Source: Lingula anatina (Eukaryota; Animalia; Brachiopoda). From it: a stretch of DNA of 64,000 nucleotides. Of the stretch, positions 12,507-23,787 are shown piece after piece. Location: the NCBI GenBank assembly GCA_051362555.1, contig CM120645.1, positions 2,418,001 through 2,482,000 of the forward strand, in the 5' to 3' direction. The stretch's first letter is position 1; each line of letters begins with the position of its first letter. The position numbers and the translations under genes are program-made. The notes under the pieces were generated by a model, which was not told where the DNA came from, did no database searches, and saw only the letters and a list, made by a program, of their open reading frames with translations.

Positions 12507-14870
12507 CTTTTTCATAGTATTGACATTTAACAACTTTTGAAGGATTGCTTATGCTTTTGATATTGAGCAGTATACTTAAGCAATGCAGCCTTGGTTCAAA
12601 TACATAAAGCATGTCTTATCAAATACATAGAGCATGTCTTATCTTTTTCATACATTGCACAAACATTCCTAATTGTAATCAAAACAAAACCAGCAAATCT
12701 CCATGAACAACTACTTATGTGTACTTCTACCAGCACGTGCATACACACACACACGCACACACTTTTCACTTGCACTAATTACTAATTATCCCCAGTCTTA
12801 TCTATATATACTTCCCAGAAATTCTGAGGAGTGAATTTCAAAAGCTCATGAAAACACTTTTTTTCATGAAAGCATATTAGTTTTTATTTCATAGTTCCTT
12901 ATGTTAAGGATTATTGATATGAAATTGTATTGTGTTAGTATGGAAACCATATTATGTAAAATATGCCTATGTCTGTGATAAATGTTTTCTTTACATTCTG
13001 TGTGACAGCTGGTGTAGTGCACTAATCTAGTATTTTAAAAAGGTTTCCATAAAAAAATCATCTTTAGAGATATTATGTTTTATTTTTAACAAAATGATTT
13101 CCTCTTGGCCCTGTGAATTTGAACATATGGCAGTGTGTATTTTCTATATCATTATATGTCTGAAAATCGCACAAGATTTGAATAAACATGAAAGGATAAA
13201 TAAATTGTCCATTCTTCAAGAGTTTTTCTTTATTTTTCTCTTCTTTCAGTACAGAGGCTTGCTAGTTCACAAAATAATTAAAGAATCTAAATACTATTTA
13301 ATTGTTTTTAATTTGAACAAATTTGGATTGACGATTTCTATCAGCGATGAAAATAGTCCATTAAGTAATATTATCTTGCCTTCTCATTGGCCAGTTGTTT
13401 GTGATACGCTTTTAGACAAATAAAGTCAATATTTCAAAGTCGGCCTTACCTAGTTGGCTATCCCAACTAGAAAGGTGCCAATTGCAAGTGCAAAATATTT
13501 CGCAAAAAAAAAAAAAAAATCATATCTAAGTGACAAAAATAAACAAATTTTCTCTAATTAACCAACTATATAATTCTCCTCACATGACACTTCCCATACA
13601 TGTAGCTCTGTAACGAAATGGTGAAATTATACGGCCCTCCACCCATTCTCTGAAAGCGTGGGTTTCTCAAACTCCCCCATCATACTCCCCCATTATTTCG
13701 AATTCTTTTTCATAGTATTGATATTTAACAACTTTTGAAGGATTGCTTATGCTTTTTATATTGAGCAGTATACTTAAGCAATGCAGCCTTGGTTCAAATA
13801 CATAGAGCATGTCTCATCTTTTTCATAAATTGTGCAAACATTCCTAATTGTAATCAAAACAAAACCAGCAAATCTCCATGAACAACTACTTATGTGTACT
13901 TCTACCAGCACGTGCATACACACACACACACACACACACACGCACACTTTTCACTTGCACTAATGACTAATTATCCCAAGTCTTATCTATATATACTTCC
14001 CAGAAATTCTGAGGAGTGAATTTCAAAAGCTCATGAAAATACTTTTTTGCATGAAAGCAAATCAGTTATTATTTCAAAGTTCCTTATGTTAAGGATTATT
14101 GATATGGAATTGTATTGTTTTAGTATGGAAACCGTATTATGTAAAATATACCTATGTCTGTGATAAATGTTTTCTCTTCACTCTGTGTGACAGCTGGTGT
14201 AGTGCACTAATCTAGTATTTTAAATAGGTTTCCATAAAAAAGTCATCTTTAGAGATATTATGTTTTATTTTTAACAAAATGATTTGAATATTTCCATACA
14301 TCAACCTCTTGGCCCTGTGAATTGGAACATATGGCAGTGTGTATTTTCTATATTATTATATGTCTGAAAATCGCACAAGATTTGAATAAATATGAAAGGA
14401 TAAATAAATGGTCCATTCTTCAAGAGTTTTTCTTTATTTTTCTTTTCTTTCAGTAGAGAGGCTTGCTAGTTCACAAAATAATTAAAGAATCTAAATACTA
14501 TTTAATTGTTTTTAATTCGAACAAATTTGGATTGACAATTTCTATCAGCGGTGAAAATAGTCCATTAAGTAATATTAACTTGCCTTCTCATTGGCCAGTT
14601 TGTGAAACGCTTTTAGACCTATAAAGTCGATATTTCAAAGTCGGCCTTACCTAGTTGGCTATCCCAAGATATTTCGCAAAAAAAATCATTTCTAAGTGAC
14701 AAAAATAAACAAATTTTCTCTAATTAACCAACCATATAATTCTCCTCACATGACACTTCCCATACATGTAGCTCTGTAACGAAATGGTGAAATTATACGG
14801 CCCTCCACCCATTCTCTGAAAGCGTGGGTTTCTCAAACTCCCCCATCATACTCCCCCATTATTTCGAATT
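12507..14870. repeat. ~1.2 kb direct tandem duplication (copy 1 12507-13704, copy 2 13705-14870)
   Basis: Both copies start CTTTTTCATAGTATTGA(C/T)ATTTAACAACTTTTGAAGG and end CATACTCCCCCATTATTTCGAATT. They are highly similar, with scattered substitutions and small indels. Confidence 0.95.
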
Positions 14871-15652
14871 CTCGCTTCAGGGTTGCTCATGATTTAAAAT
14901 TGATTCAAGACTGGCGACAGATAGCAAGGTTTCTCAGAAAATTGGATTACTGTATCTTCCGCTGCATTAATTAGTCACGACATTTATCTGTAAGAAAATG
15001 ATAAAAAAAAGTATCACTTGTCCTTAGATGAAAAAGAGGTGGTTTGAGTATTTTTTAAGTTGAAAAAATGTGTGTTTAAAATCTTATAGTTTATCCCTTT
15101 AATGGTCTAAGCCAAGGTTAAAACGTTGCAGGCTTTCGAATGGAGTCTAACAGTAACACCTTCGAGATCCCCTTTCTTCAATTAAAGAAGATTTACTATA
15201 AAAAAATAGTTTTAATGTAATTACATTTTTCCTGCGTGACAGGGACTAAAGAACTAAAAAAATAATAATTACACATAATTTCCCATTTCTGTGGTTCCTG
15301 ACAAATTAATATGTAGGAGACCAGAGAATTGCAAAATTTGTATGTTCTAAAGTTCGTATTATCAATTCAATCATTGAAAGTTGCCGTAAATGAATTTTCG
15401 ATTTCCCCATTGTGTGGTCCCTGGTATGCGCAACAAAAAATTACCTCTTCCCCTCTACCCCCCCCCCCCCCTTCGCCCCAATCAGTGCATCAAAATTTAA
15501 AAAAACTTGTTTCATGTTGTCATGTTTAAGTACGTGTTCCCTATTAGGACGTTCTGGTCAGCGTTCGTCTGCGTGAAAGATTTTTAACACAAGCGTCTTA
15601 TAAGTTGCAATGGTTCTTATCATTAGCCATCTCATTGGACGTAGATCTGTAT

Positions 15653-15827
15653 GGTCCTATTCAGAATAGGGGACTAACTAGTCCGAGGGTCAAATATGGC
15701 GACCCACTACAAAGCTTGCTGTCTTATTCACTAATAGACACTGAGTAGATTCCCAGTGGGGAAGTATTCAAGTGGGTCGGCCATATTTGACCCTCGGACT
15801 AGTTAGTCCCCTATTCTGAATGGGACC
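15653..15827. mobile_element. MITE with ~56 bp near-perfect terminal inverted repeats (PIF/Harbinger-like)
   Basis: GGTCCTATTCAGAATAGGGGACTAACTAGTCCGAGGGTCAAATATGGCGACCCACT ... AGTGGGTCGGCCATATTTGACCCTCGGACTAGTTAGTCCCCTATTCTGAATGGGACC. The flanks TAT/TCT could be a 3-bp TSD with one change. Confidence 0.85.
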
Positions 15828-16570
15828 TCTGACATCTATGGCTTGCGATCGTGTGAATTAATTGATGCATCGCCATAATGAACGTAATTTGTCAAAAACG
15901 TTTCAAGATTCTCACATCACTAATGGATTGTTGCTGTGCTATAAATCCGTTGCATCTGGTACAAGCACGCAAGTGTTATGAGAGGTTAATACGATTTTAT
16001 TTGTAAATGGGATATTTATAGGTGAGTAATTTCCGCAGACGTGATTGCTCTAGGAAATGGAAAACTGAATGTTTTCTGCAATGACGTGTTCAAAATAAGT
16101 TTTAGCATGGGACGGAATGGCATTTCACGGGCATTATATTAGAGATGAAATTGTACAAGGGTCTCCCGAGATAACACGAAAATGGTACTATCGTGCAGCG
16201 AGTTTTTCATAGATTGACACATTTTGATGAGGCAAAAACGATAGACTGATGGAAAATATATTGCTCGTTCAAATACTGAAATTCTCAAAAAAAGATAAGT
16301 TTCTGTGAGAATCTGAAATATGTCCATGGTGCTGGTGTAAGGAAAATGAGGGTCTGTGTAACAGAAAGTCCGCCCTCCATTTAGTTATAATGGTTAGGGT
16401 TAACCTGGCCTAAGTGGGTCAATCTACTGGCAGGGCGAGGTTTACCTATACAAATGAATGGGAAGGGAACTCTGTATCAAGGAGGACGTTACACCGGTCC
16501 TTCATGTATAAACATGGAACTAGGTTTTTACTTAGAGGGAGGAGGGAATAGGGAGAGTAAAATGTCTAAT

Positions 16571-16571
<1 letters not shown>

Positions 16572-16647
<76 letters not shown>
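16572..16647. repeat. Poly(C) tract, ~76 nt
   Basis: Uninterrupted C run; it explains the poly-Pro and poly-Gly ORFs in the track. Confidence 0.95.
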
Positions 16648-16648
<1 letters not shown>

Positions 16649-17280
16649 TTTGTGACCTTTGAAATTCAGGGTGTTCAGGAGAAACACGTGACATAAGAGT
16701 GAAAGTATTTTTTCTTTTCCAAGTACTAAATTAACATGATGGTCAGATGTTTTGTTTGGGAAGATGTGATACCTGTTGAAAATGGACAGTTGAAGAGTTG
16801 AATTACTCCACGAAATGTAGTTTTTGGACGGAAGGACGTTTTTTGGTTTTCGGCCTAATAAAAAACAATACTTATAACTTAGGAGAGCTAACATGCACAT
16901 ACGCCATCTCATATATAATTTACACACTTGCTCTAAGAACAGAAATATGCAGGTAAAATTAAAAGATCTAGAGAAAAATATACTGAGCGAAATGGCTAGA
17001 TCGTAATACGTATGTTTCATGATCTCATATGTGTGTTCTATTTGCGTGACGCTCCCACATGCGACTTTTCCCATGCGATAAGAAAAATCTTTACCGACAC
17101 GAAATAAATAGTTTCTTTTTTTTTCAAATAAAGTAGGATTACGGGATTACACAGAGTAGAGCCAATATGGGAGAGAGACAGCGTGTGTTAAGTGAGTGTA
17201 CCGTATATTAATGTTCGAGGGAGGAGTTGGAGGGGGCGAGAGGAAGAGTACAAAATGCAGCACAGCACTGTACCATAAGA

Positions 17281-17558
17281 AGCGGCGAATATTTTTTTTT
17301 TTTTTTTTTTTGGGGGGGGGGTCTATTTTTGAAAAAAAAAAACACACCAATGGTCCCCTCTTGAAATTAAAATTTTAACTAGCTGAATCATAGTTCCAAA
17401 CCGTACCAAATAGCATCGTTCGACCTCTAAAATAAAATTTTGGGGCCCTTCAGAGGGCCCCAAACCCCACGCCAAGGGGGGGGGGGAGCGGGTCGGCTTC
17501 GCATCCGCGGACCCCCCCCCCCCCCCCCCCCCTTCAAAAAATCCTGGATCCGCCCCTG
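17281..17558. mobile_element. Non-autonomous DNA-transposon remnant ending AAAAATCCTGGATCCGCCCCTG
   Basis: The right terminus is the reverse complement of CAGGGGCGGATCCAGGATTTT, a recurrent invertebrate MITE end recalled from experience. Internal poly-G/poly-C tracts are present. The left end is decayed, so the start is approximate. Confidence 0.55.
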
Positions 17559-18266
17559 CCTAAGTTTTAAGGCTGAAGCGGCTCTTCTGCGTTTTCTAAT
17601 TCAGTAACATGCACACTCGGCACGTCTTTCTAAATGCGGGTAAATATGGAGGCGAGTAAGTAAGCAAAAAAAAAAAAAAATGAAGAGGTTGGCACGTATT
17701 GGTCCTAAGTCTCAGGTAATGGATGAAGTAGTTCTACCAGGGCAACAAAGGATATATTTTCAATCGACGACTGTGATATCAGTGTTCTAAACATTCATTG
17801 GGGTATATGTCACTTGTTCAGGACTGTTTCATTATATTATTCGGTAGACTATTTATTATTTTGGGTAATAAATGTAACATTTTTTCCTTGTTCTCTACTT
17901 TCTGTCCTTTTTCTCACTTTCTTTTCTTGTCCTTATTTTCCCAGCAAGCATATACCTGCTGTGCTTTTCATTTTCTTTCTTTTTTTCTTTCCTTTACCTT
18001 TATTATCTTAATCCTTCTCCATTTCTTAAGCACTTCAACAGCAGCGTCAATATATCGTAGGGACTTGTAATCAACGAGCTTAACGCTGACGCATAACAGG
18101 TCTCTTAGCGTCATCAAAGCACAGGTAAATACATTCAATTAGTCTCTGTAGTTTTAAAAGCTGCGATTCTGTGGCCGTAAAATACCTCAATAATCACAAA
18201 ATTTGACTGTTGTTTTAATACCGTGTGCCGAATGCCATATTGATGTTAGCCTAAGGTGTCCTATTA

Positions 18267-18416
18267 CAGGGCCGTAGCCGGGGGTGGGTGGGGTAGGGGG
18301 CGTGAAAAGGTCCGCTCGGGGTAAAAATTGATCAAGGTACGCAAAGTTTTGATGGTAAAAGGTCCACTTTTTCGGAAAAAAGACGCCCCCCCTTGAACTT
18401 GCTGGCTACGAGCCTG
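18267..18416. mobile_element. Short MITE with CAGGGCCGTAGCC...GGCTACGAGCCTG termini
   Basis: Imperfect TIRs. The internal AAAAGGTCC motifs and the 3' half are shared with 44281-44423. Confidence 0.65.
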
Positions 18417-20144
18417 CCTTACTTAGCTGTATCCAAACGTGATTTTCTTAGGTTTGTTATGACGACACACCAGGGCTTCTCAGAGGATCAAGGGTACTTG
18501 TACCTTTTATGTTGGGAAATGCTGGAGATTAGCCCTTTTTTCTCCCCGAATTATTTGAATGTAACAAATATAATTTCTGTATCGCTAAATCTTTGCGCCC
18601 ATGTTATGATACTTGCTTCAAAAAGAGAAAAAAAGATATGAGGTCGCTTTTATATATATGTATATATATTTTTTATTTGGTAAAAAAATGATGAAATATA
18701 TTTCACAAATTTGGTCTTAATAAATAAATATACATGTACATATGTACAATCTTCACAATACGGGAAGATAACAGTACATCCGACCCTTGCCATAGCAAGG
18801 TCCTTATAACTAAACAACATGACTGGAGTACACAAAATAAACCATGAATAAACAAATTACTTTAAAATTGATAATTAACATGAATTGAGTGAAATAAAAT
18901 TCTGGAATTTTGCCAAAAAGCTCACAATTAAGTGATGTTTTTTAAGGACAATGGTCAAAAATTTAAAAAGAGCATCAGTGTCTTGTGACCTGCTGTGAGA
19001 TCCACAGTACAGTGCCTACTGGTATTTACATGTTTCTTGTTGATCTGTCTCGCTCATCCAGTAGATACAGTTCTCAGCACCATTGAATCATATTTGAAAT
19101 ATCCTTAATCTAAGCTAAAAAGCCATTTAATTACACAACTGGCCATTTTAGTACAAAAATAGAAATCTGATATTTCCCCTTAGTCTACATATATGTACAA
19201 TGATCATACAAAACTCTATCAAATAATGACCATTTGCATTTATCTGAATACAAATGCTTTTAAGTACAACAATCAAATGGAAATTATCATTTCTTGTGGT
19301 GACCAAAATATGCTATCTTTGCCTCCAGTCTGAAACACTGGACTGGTCTAATCTATGCCTTATCAGGTCCCTTTTGAGAAATAAATGCTATATAAATTGC
19401 ATACTAATTGTCAAAATGCAATGAGGGGTACAGCCAAGAAATAAAAGATCTTAAGACCTCTCATTATTGTCAGAAATAAAATTTCGAAAAAATTTAAAAT
19501 ATGCAAAAATGCAGTCAAATTCAACAGCTGGAAGCAAGCAGTTCTCAGCATGTTTTTAAAATGAAGAATGTTTCCTTAAAAAAAAAAGAGTTTAACTTTC
19601 TATAAAACTGACTTTTATTACCCAAACTACCATCAAAGAATTGCAGGCAAATGTCCAAAAGCAAAATTCACCCCTGGACCACTTAAGAAGCTAAGCTCTG
19701 TAATCTTCCAAACATACAAAAAAAAAAAAAAAGAAGCAAAATGAAGCACTAAAAGGCATCCATACAAGTGTTGAGTTTAAAAGCGTCAGGTCTCTTGTAC
19801 AATGAGAGAAACAATACAAGTTTCCAAATTAGTTAAAGGATAAGTTTTGACATTTAGCACATGAAACTTGCTCATCTAACAATACAAAAAACACCAAGAC
19901 TAAAAAGAAAAACATTACTGCAGTTCACATGTCCTGTACATATTTGGTTTCAACAAAGTGCATAACAACTGTTGTGTTACTGCTACCGACTGTAGCTCTG
20001 TCGTCTAAATTGGTGACTCTCAGCACCCTGATGAGAGGAATTCACAAAAATTTGGTTGGGAGTCTCAAGTCTTTGACTACCATAGTCAAGTCCAAGGGCA
20101 TTCAAGCTAGCAGTAGAGTGCAAGTTTGAATGCGAAGCCTGGCG

Positions 20145-21353
20145 TCAACTGACAGGCATTGGAGACGACACAAACAATGGTGATCCCAAGTTTTCAAATG
20201 CTGATGTAAATGGCTGGCCAGTCACTACTGGAGACAGCGCCACATGTCCGTTGACAAATCCAGGGAAGTTGAACTGAGTCGGAGAATTAAATCTGGGGCT
20301 CAGTGTTGATGTCACTGGACTCAATGAGCTCCAGAATGTGATTGGCCCATATGGAGTTCTCTGTAGAGGACTAGCCAATAGGAGTGGAGTTGTTAAACTC
20401 TGCAGAGGGTGGCGTGGGCTGTACATTGGGAAGCTGGGAATGCTTGTCTTGGGGATTTCAATTGGCTGTGGCTTGGGGCGATTAACTGATGTTGAGGCAT
20501 TGCTCTGACTCGTTTTAGCACACTGTGGCTGTGATGACAGTAGAGGAGAGGGCGCCACAGGCTGAGAGGCTGCTATGGACTGCACTGGCATCCGCGCAGG
20601 AGATGGCGAATTACGTGCTGGTGACGGAACAGCACGTGCTGGTGAAGGCGCAGCAGATGGTGGCTTTGGTGATGGAGTGTTGGATGGAGGCGCCATCTGT
20701 TGTGCAGGCTGTGGAGTTGTGTTCAAGGAACGCTGTGGCTGGGCCACGGGCTGAGGGCTGCTCCTGTACTGCGGCTGCTGTGGAAGATACTTCATCTCCA
20801 TGTTAGGAGTGAACTTTACTTCAGTGAACTTAATCTCATTGTTGGCCGTGCTGAAGTTGCGCACTGGCGTTGGCACGTGCATGTACGTAGCTGGTTGCGA
20901 CACGATCGGTGAGGGCGATGTCTGCCATTGTGACACAGGCGTTGGGATCTGTGGCTGTTGCTTTGTAAGATTCTGTTTAATATCGTATGGACGGAATGTC
21001 ATGAAACCTGGAAGGGATCGAAATCCTTCTGTTGCCAAGCTCTCCATCTTCACTTTGAAAGGAATTTTGTTCTCTGTTTTTATCGTCTCGGGAAACGATA
21101 CAAATTTATACACAAATTTCTGTCCCATCACCTTCTTGATGATGTTCTTGTCGTAGTAGTATCGGAGAGCACGGCTAAGTTTGTCGTAATTCATGTTCTG
21201 CTTGTTTTTGCGGAGGCCCCACAATTTGGCCACTTCTTCAGCATTAAGCAGTTTAAATTCTCCCTCATTCCCAGTCCACTGAATTATGTCGTTGTGCTGG
21301 CCACTTAATAATAACTCCAGAAGAAACTGCCAGAGTGTGATGTTGGAATCCAT
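20145..21353 (-). CDS. Elk: ETS-domain ternary complex factor, Elk/SAP-1/Net subfamily (invertebrate Elk)
   Basis: 402-aa ORF. N-terminal ETS domain [15 protein letters not shown]...[42 protein letters not shown] typical of ELK1/3/4. MAPK D-site-like [11 protein letters not shown]-domain ITFWSSLSP, FxFP (FNFP) DEF motif and many S/T-P sites. A splice acceptor lies 2 nt before the ATG (exon starts at 21355). Confidence 0.97.
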   Translation of the reverse strand: MDSNITLWQFLLELLLSGQHNDIIQWTGNEGEFKLLNAEEVAKLWGLRKNKQNMNYDKLSRALRYYYDKNIIKKVMGQKFVYKFVSFPETIKTENKIPFKVKMESLATEGFRSLPGFMTFRPYDIKQNLTKQQPQIPTPVSQWQTSPSPIVSQPATYMHVPTPVRNFSTANNEIKFTEVKFTPNMEMKYLPQQPQYRSSPQPVAQPQRSLNTTPQPAQQMAPPSNTPSPKPPSAAPSPARAVPSPARNSPSPARMPVQSIAASQPVAPSPLLSSQPQCAKTSQSNASTSVNRPKPQPIEIPKTSIPSFPMYSPRHPLQSLTTPLLLASPLQRTPYGPITFWSSLSPVTSTLSPRFNSPTQFNFPGFVNGHVALSPVVTGQPFTSAFENLGSPLFVSSPMPVS

Positions 21354-23712
21354 ACCTGAATAGAGAGAAATACAATAACATAATTACATGATTCACTATA
21401 ATCCAGGTATCACACATATGTATAATATATATATAATATTACCACAAGTATCAGTTACACAAGGCATCGTAATAAAGATGGCATTGATAACTGTCAGATT
21501 TTCTTACTCTTAGAGATTAAAGTTTCCACGTAATCCAGGACTGGTAAATGCAGAGCAGTTATTGTGTCATATCTAACATATAAGTGATGAACTATAATTC
21601 TTGTGTGTGGGAGAAGAGTGGGCAGGTTTATTCTTGTCCTACAACTGACAAGAACAGCAAACCCACCTCAGAGACTCATTTACCCCCCCCCCCAACCCCC
21701 CCACCCCCAGGTCCCCTGCCAAACTCCCAGGACCATAATTCCGTACATTAACAGAGTTCACTCCAGAATACCCATAAGAGCTGACCTTCAACTTAACCCC
21801 ACCAGTCTGGCTCAGTACACAGGCACAGAAGCCGGAACTTGTCACAAAATCAATAGATGACGACGGTTAACTCAGTTAAGACTTCTTCCCAACAGGCGCA
21901 ATTCCCACAGAGAAAGACCTGGGCTTGAGGTCACACATATGTGGCCTCCGTCAGACCCGGGTTTGACATCAAGGCTATAAATAGGAGGTCGCAAAGGGAC
22001 CTTAATTATTCATTTCAAGTTGCGATGCATAAATCACATGTTTTCCGGGTGCAAGTTTTTTTCCCCTTCACCACACTGGGTAATATTATTCACATTGCAC
22101 TAAAGTCTGTCTGTGGTACGGCATATATGAAATGCGGCGTGAAAAAAGTATTGAGTTTTCATTTGTGTATGAGTTAAATATGGCTCTTTGGAACACTCAT
22201 CATTTTACTTATTATATTTCCAAAAACATAAAGACAAACTGTAGGCTAATTGCAGAAACCAAGAATATATTTCAATCATGATCTTGGAGTGGGGGGAATG
22301 ATTCAGAATAAAATACAACCACCATTAAAATCTGACAGCATGGCAAGACAATATCTTCTCTGTGCAATATATTACAGCTGACATATAAATATTGCATGAA
22401 AACACTCAATAACCTCTGTATGCTATCAAAGAAACACCGTAACTAAAAATACCAATTCATCAACGGTATCCATCTCAGCTTATCAATATCAAGGCTCCTA
22501 ATGCCCACGGAATCTTTTATTACTCACTCTGTGGCCAGCATTATCGTCAGACTATCTATATATGTATCAAAAACCCCTACATTTTCCACACCATGAAAGG
22601 ACTGGCTTATCTGAACCACAAATGTACCTGAAAATCCCAAATTATGTACATCATGACTTTCATTAGTTATCAGTCTGAAAATGTCCGAATTATTCATCAG
22701 CTGATTTAGGACTTATCAAGCAGTACGTGACAAGATATAACGAGGAGTCTTCAGAGACGTATTCTATCTACACACCACTCTGGTCTATCATGACACTGGT
22801 GCTTTCAAGTTATGTATCACCAAAACAATCTTGATGAAACTCGGCTGAGCTTTTAAATGCCAGATTGTTAGCTTTGATGGCTGCCATGGATCATGCCACT
22901 GGTAGCATGCTTTTACTCCATTGTTCCACTTATTGCTGCTCTGATGCATATCAATTGCTGATCCTAATCAACCTCTCCATTTCATGAGCTGTAATAATGC
23001 ACATAACAACATCACCTTAAAAACAGTTACCTGTTTGAGGACACTGAACTTTGAAAAAGAAAATGATAAACAAACTAATCTCCAATGTGGAAAATGACAT
23101 TATGATGAAAACCTTGTAAACCACACAGCCCCCATTCAGGAAATGAAATCTTCATAGCTTTTTAGTATTCTAAATATATAATGTTTCCCATTTTGATATG
23201 CCCCATAAAATCAGCAATGTGGGCTTGGATCATGAGGCTTCAGGGCATGCACATCAACATGCAATTTAGGTGTGAAAAATGCACGAAGAATCGCCTGCAA
23301 AACATACCTGTAGAACCCAATAAGTTTCTAAAAAGTTTTCACAACTTTCACATTCGCGTATCTATGATCTGCCCAAGTTTACAAATGACAGCGCCTTTTT
23401 ATACAATGTGTCACATTCGCTAAGTGTCCTTCCATATGGTAAAGTTTTTTGTCTGTGTGCTGGTCTCATTTATTTCCTTATCCCCCCCCCCCCTCCCCAT
23501 CCCCCGGTCCCTCACAACACACCTGCATCAACCACAATGGCAAAGTTAAAGGAATCTTCAAAGGCATTTGAATGTTTTAAGTACACAGTCGCATACCTAA
23601 GTTTGTTACATCATATCCAAATATTTGTTTGCATGTTATAGCCTCCCGAAAGACATTAGTGGACTCCAAAGTATGCATAATGAGTTTTGAAGATGATAAA
23701 CACAAACACTCA

Positions 23713-23718
<6 letters not shown>

Positions 23719-23786
<68 letters not shown>
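23719..23786. repeat. Compound (CT)n(GT)n microsatellite
   Basis: Direct run in an Elk intron. Confidence 0.95.

Positions 23787-23787
<1 letters not shown>

Noticed and set aside
16454-17074. Poly-Pro and poly-Gly ORFs
   Set aside because: They are translations of the poly(C) tract, with no splice or homology support.
20525-21308. Several + strand ORFs overlapping Elk
   Set aside because: They are antisense shadows of a GC-richer coding exon with no recognisable domains.
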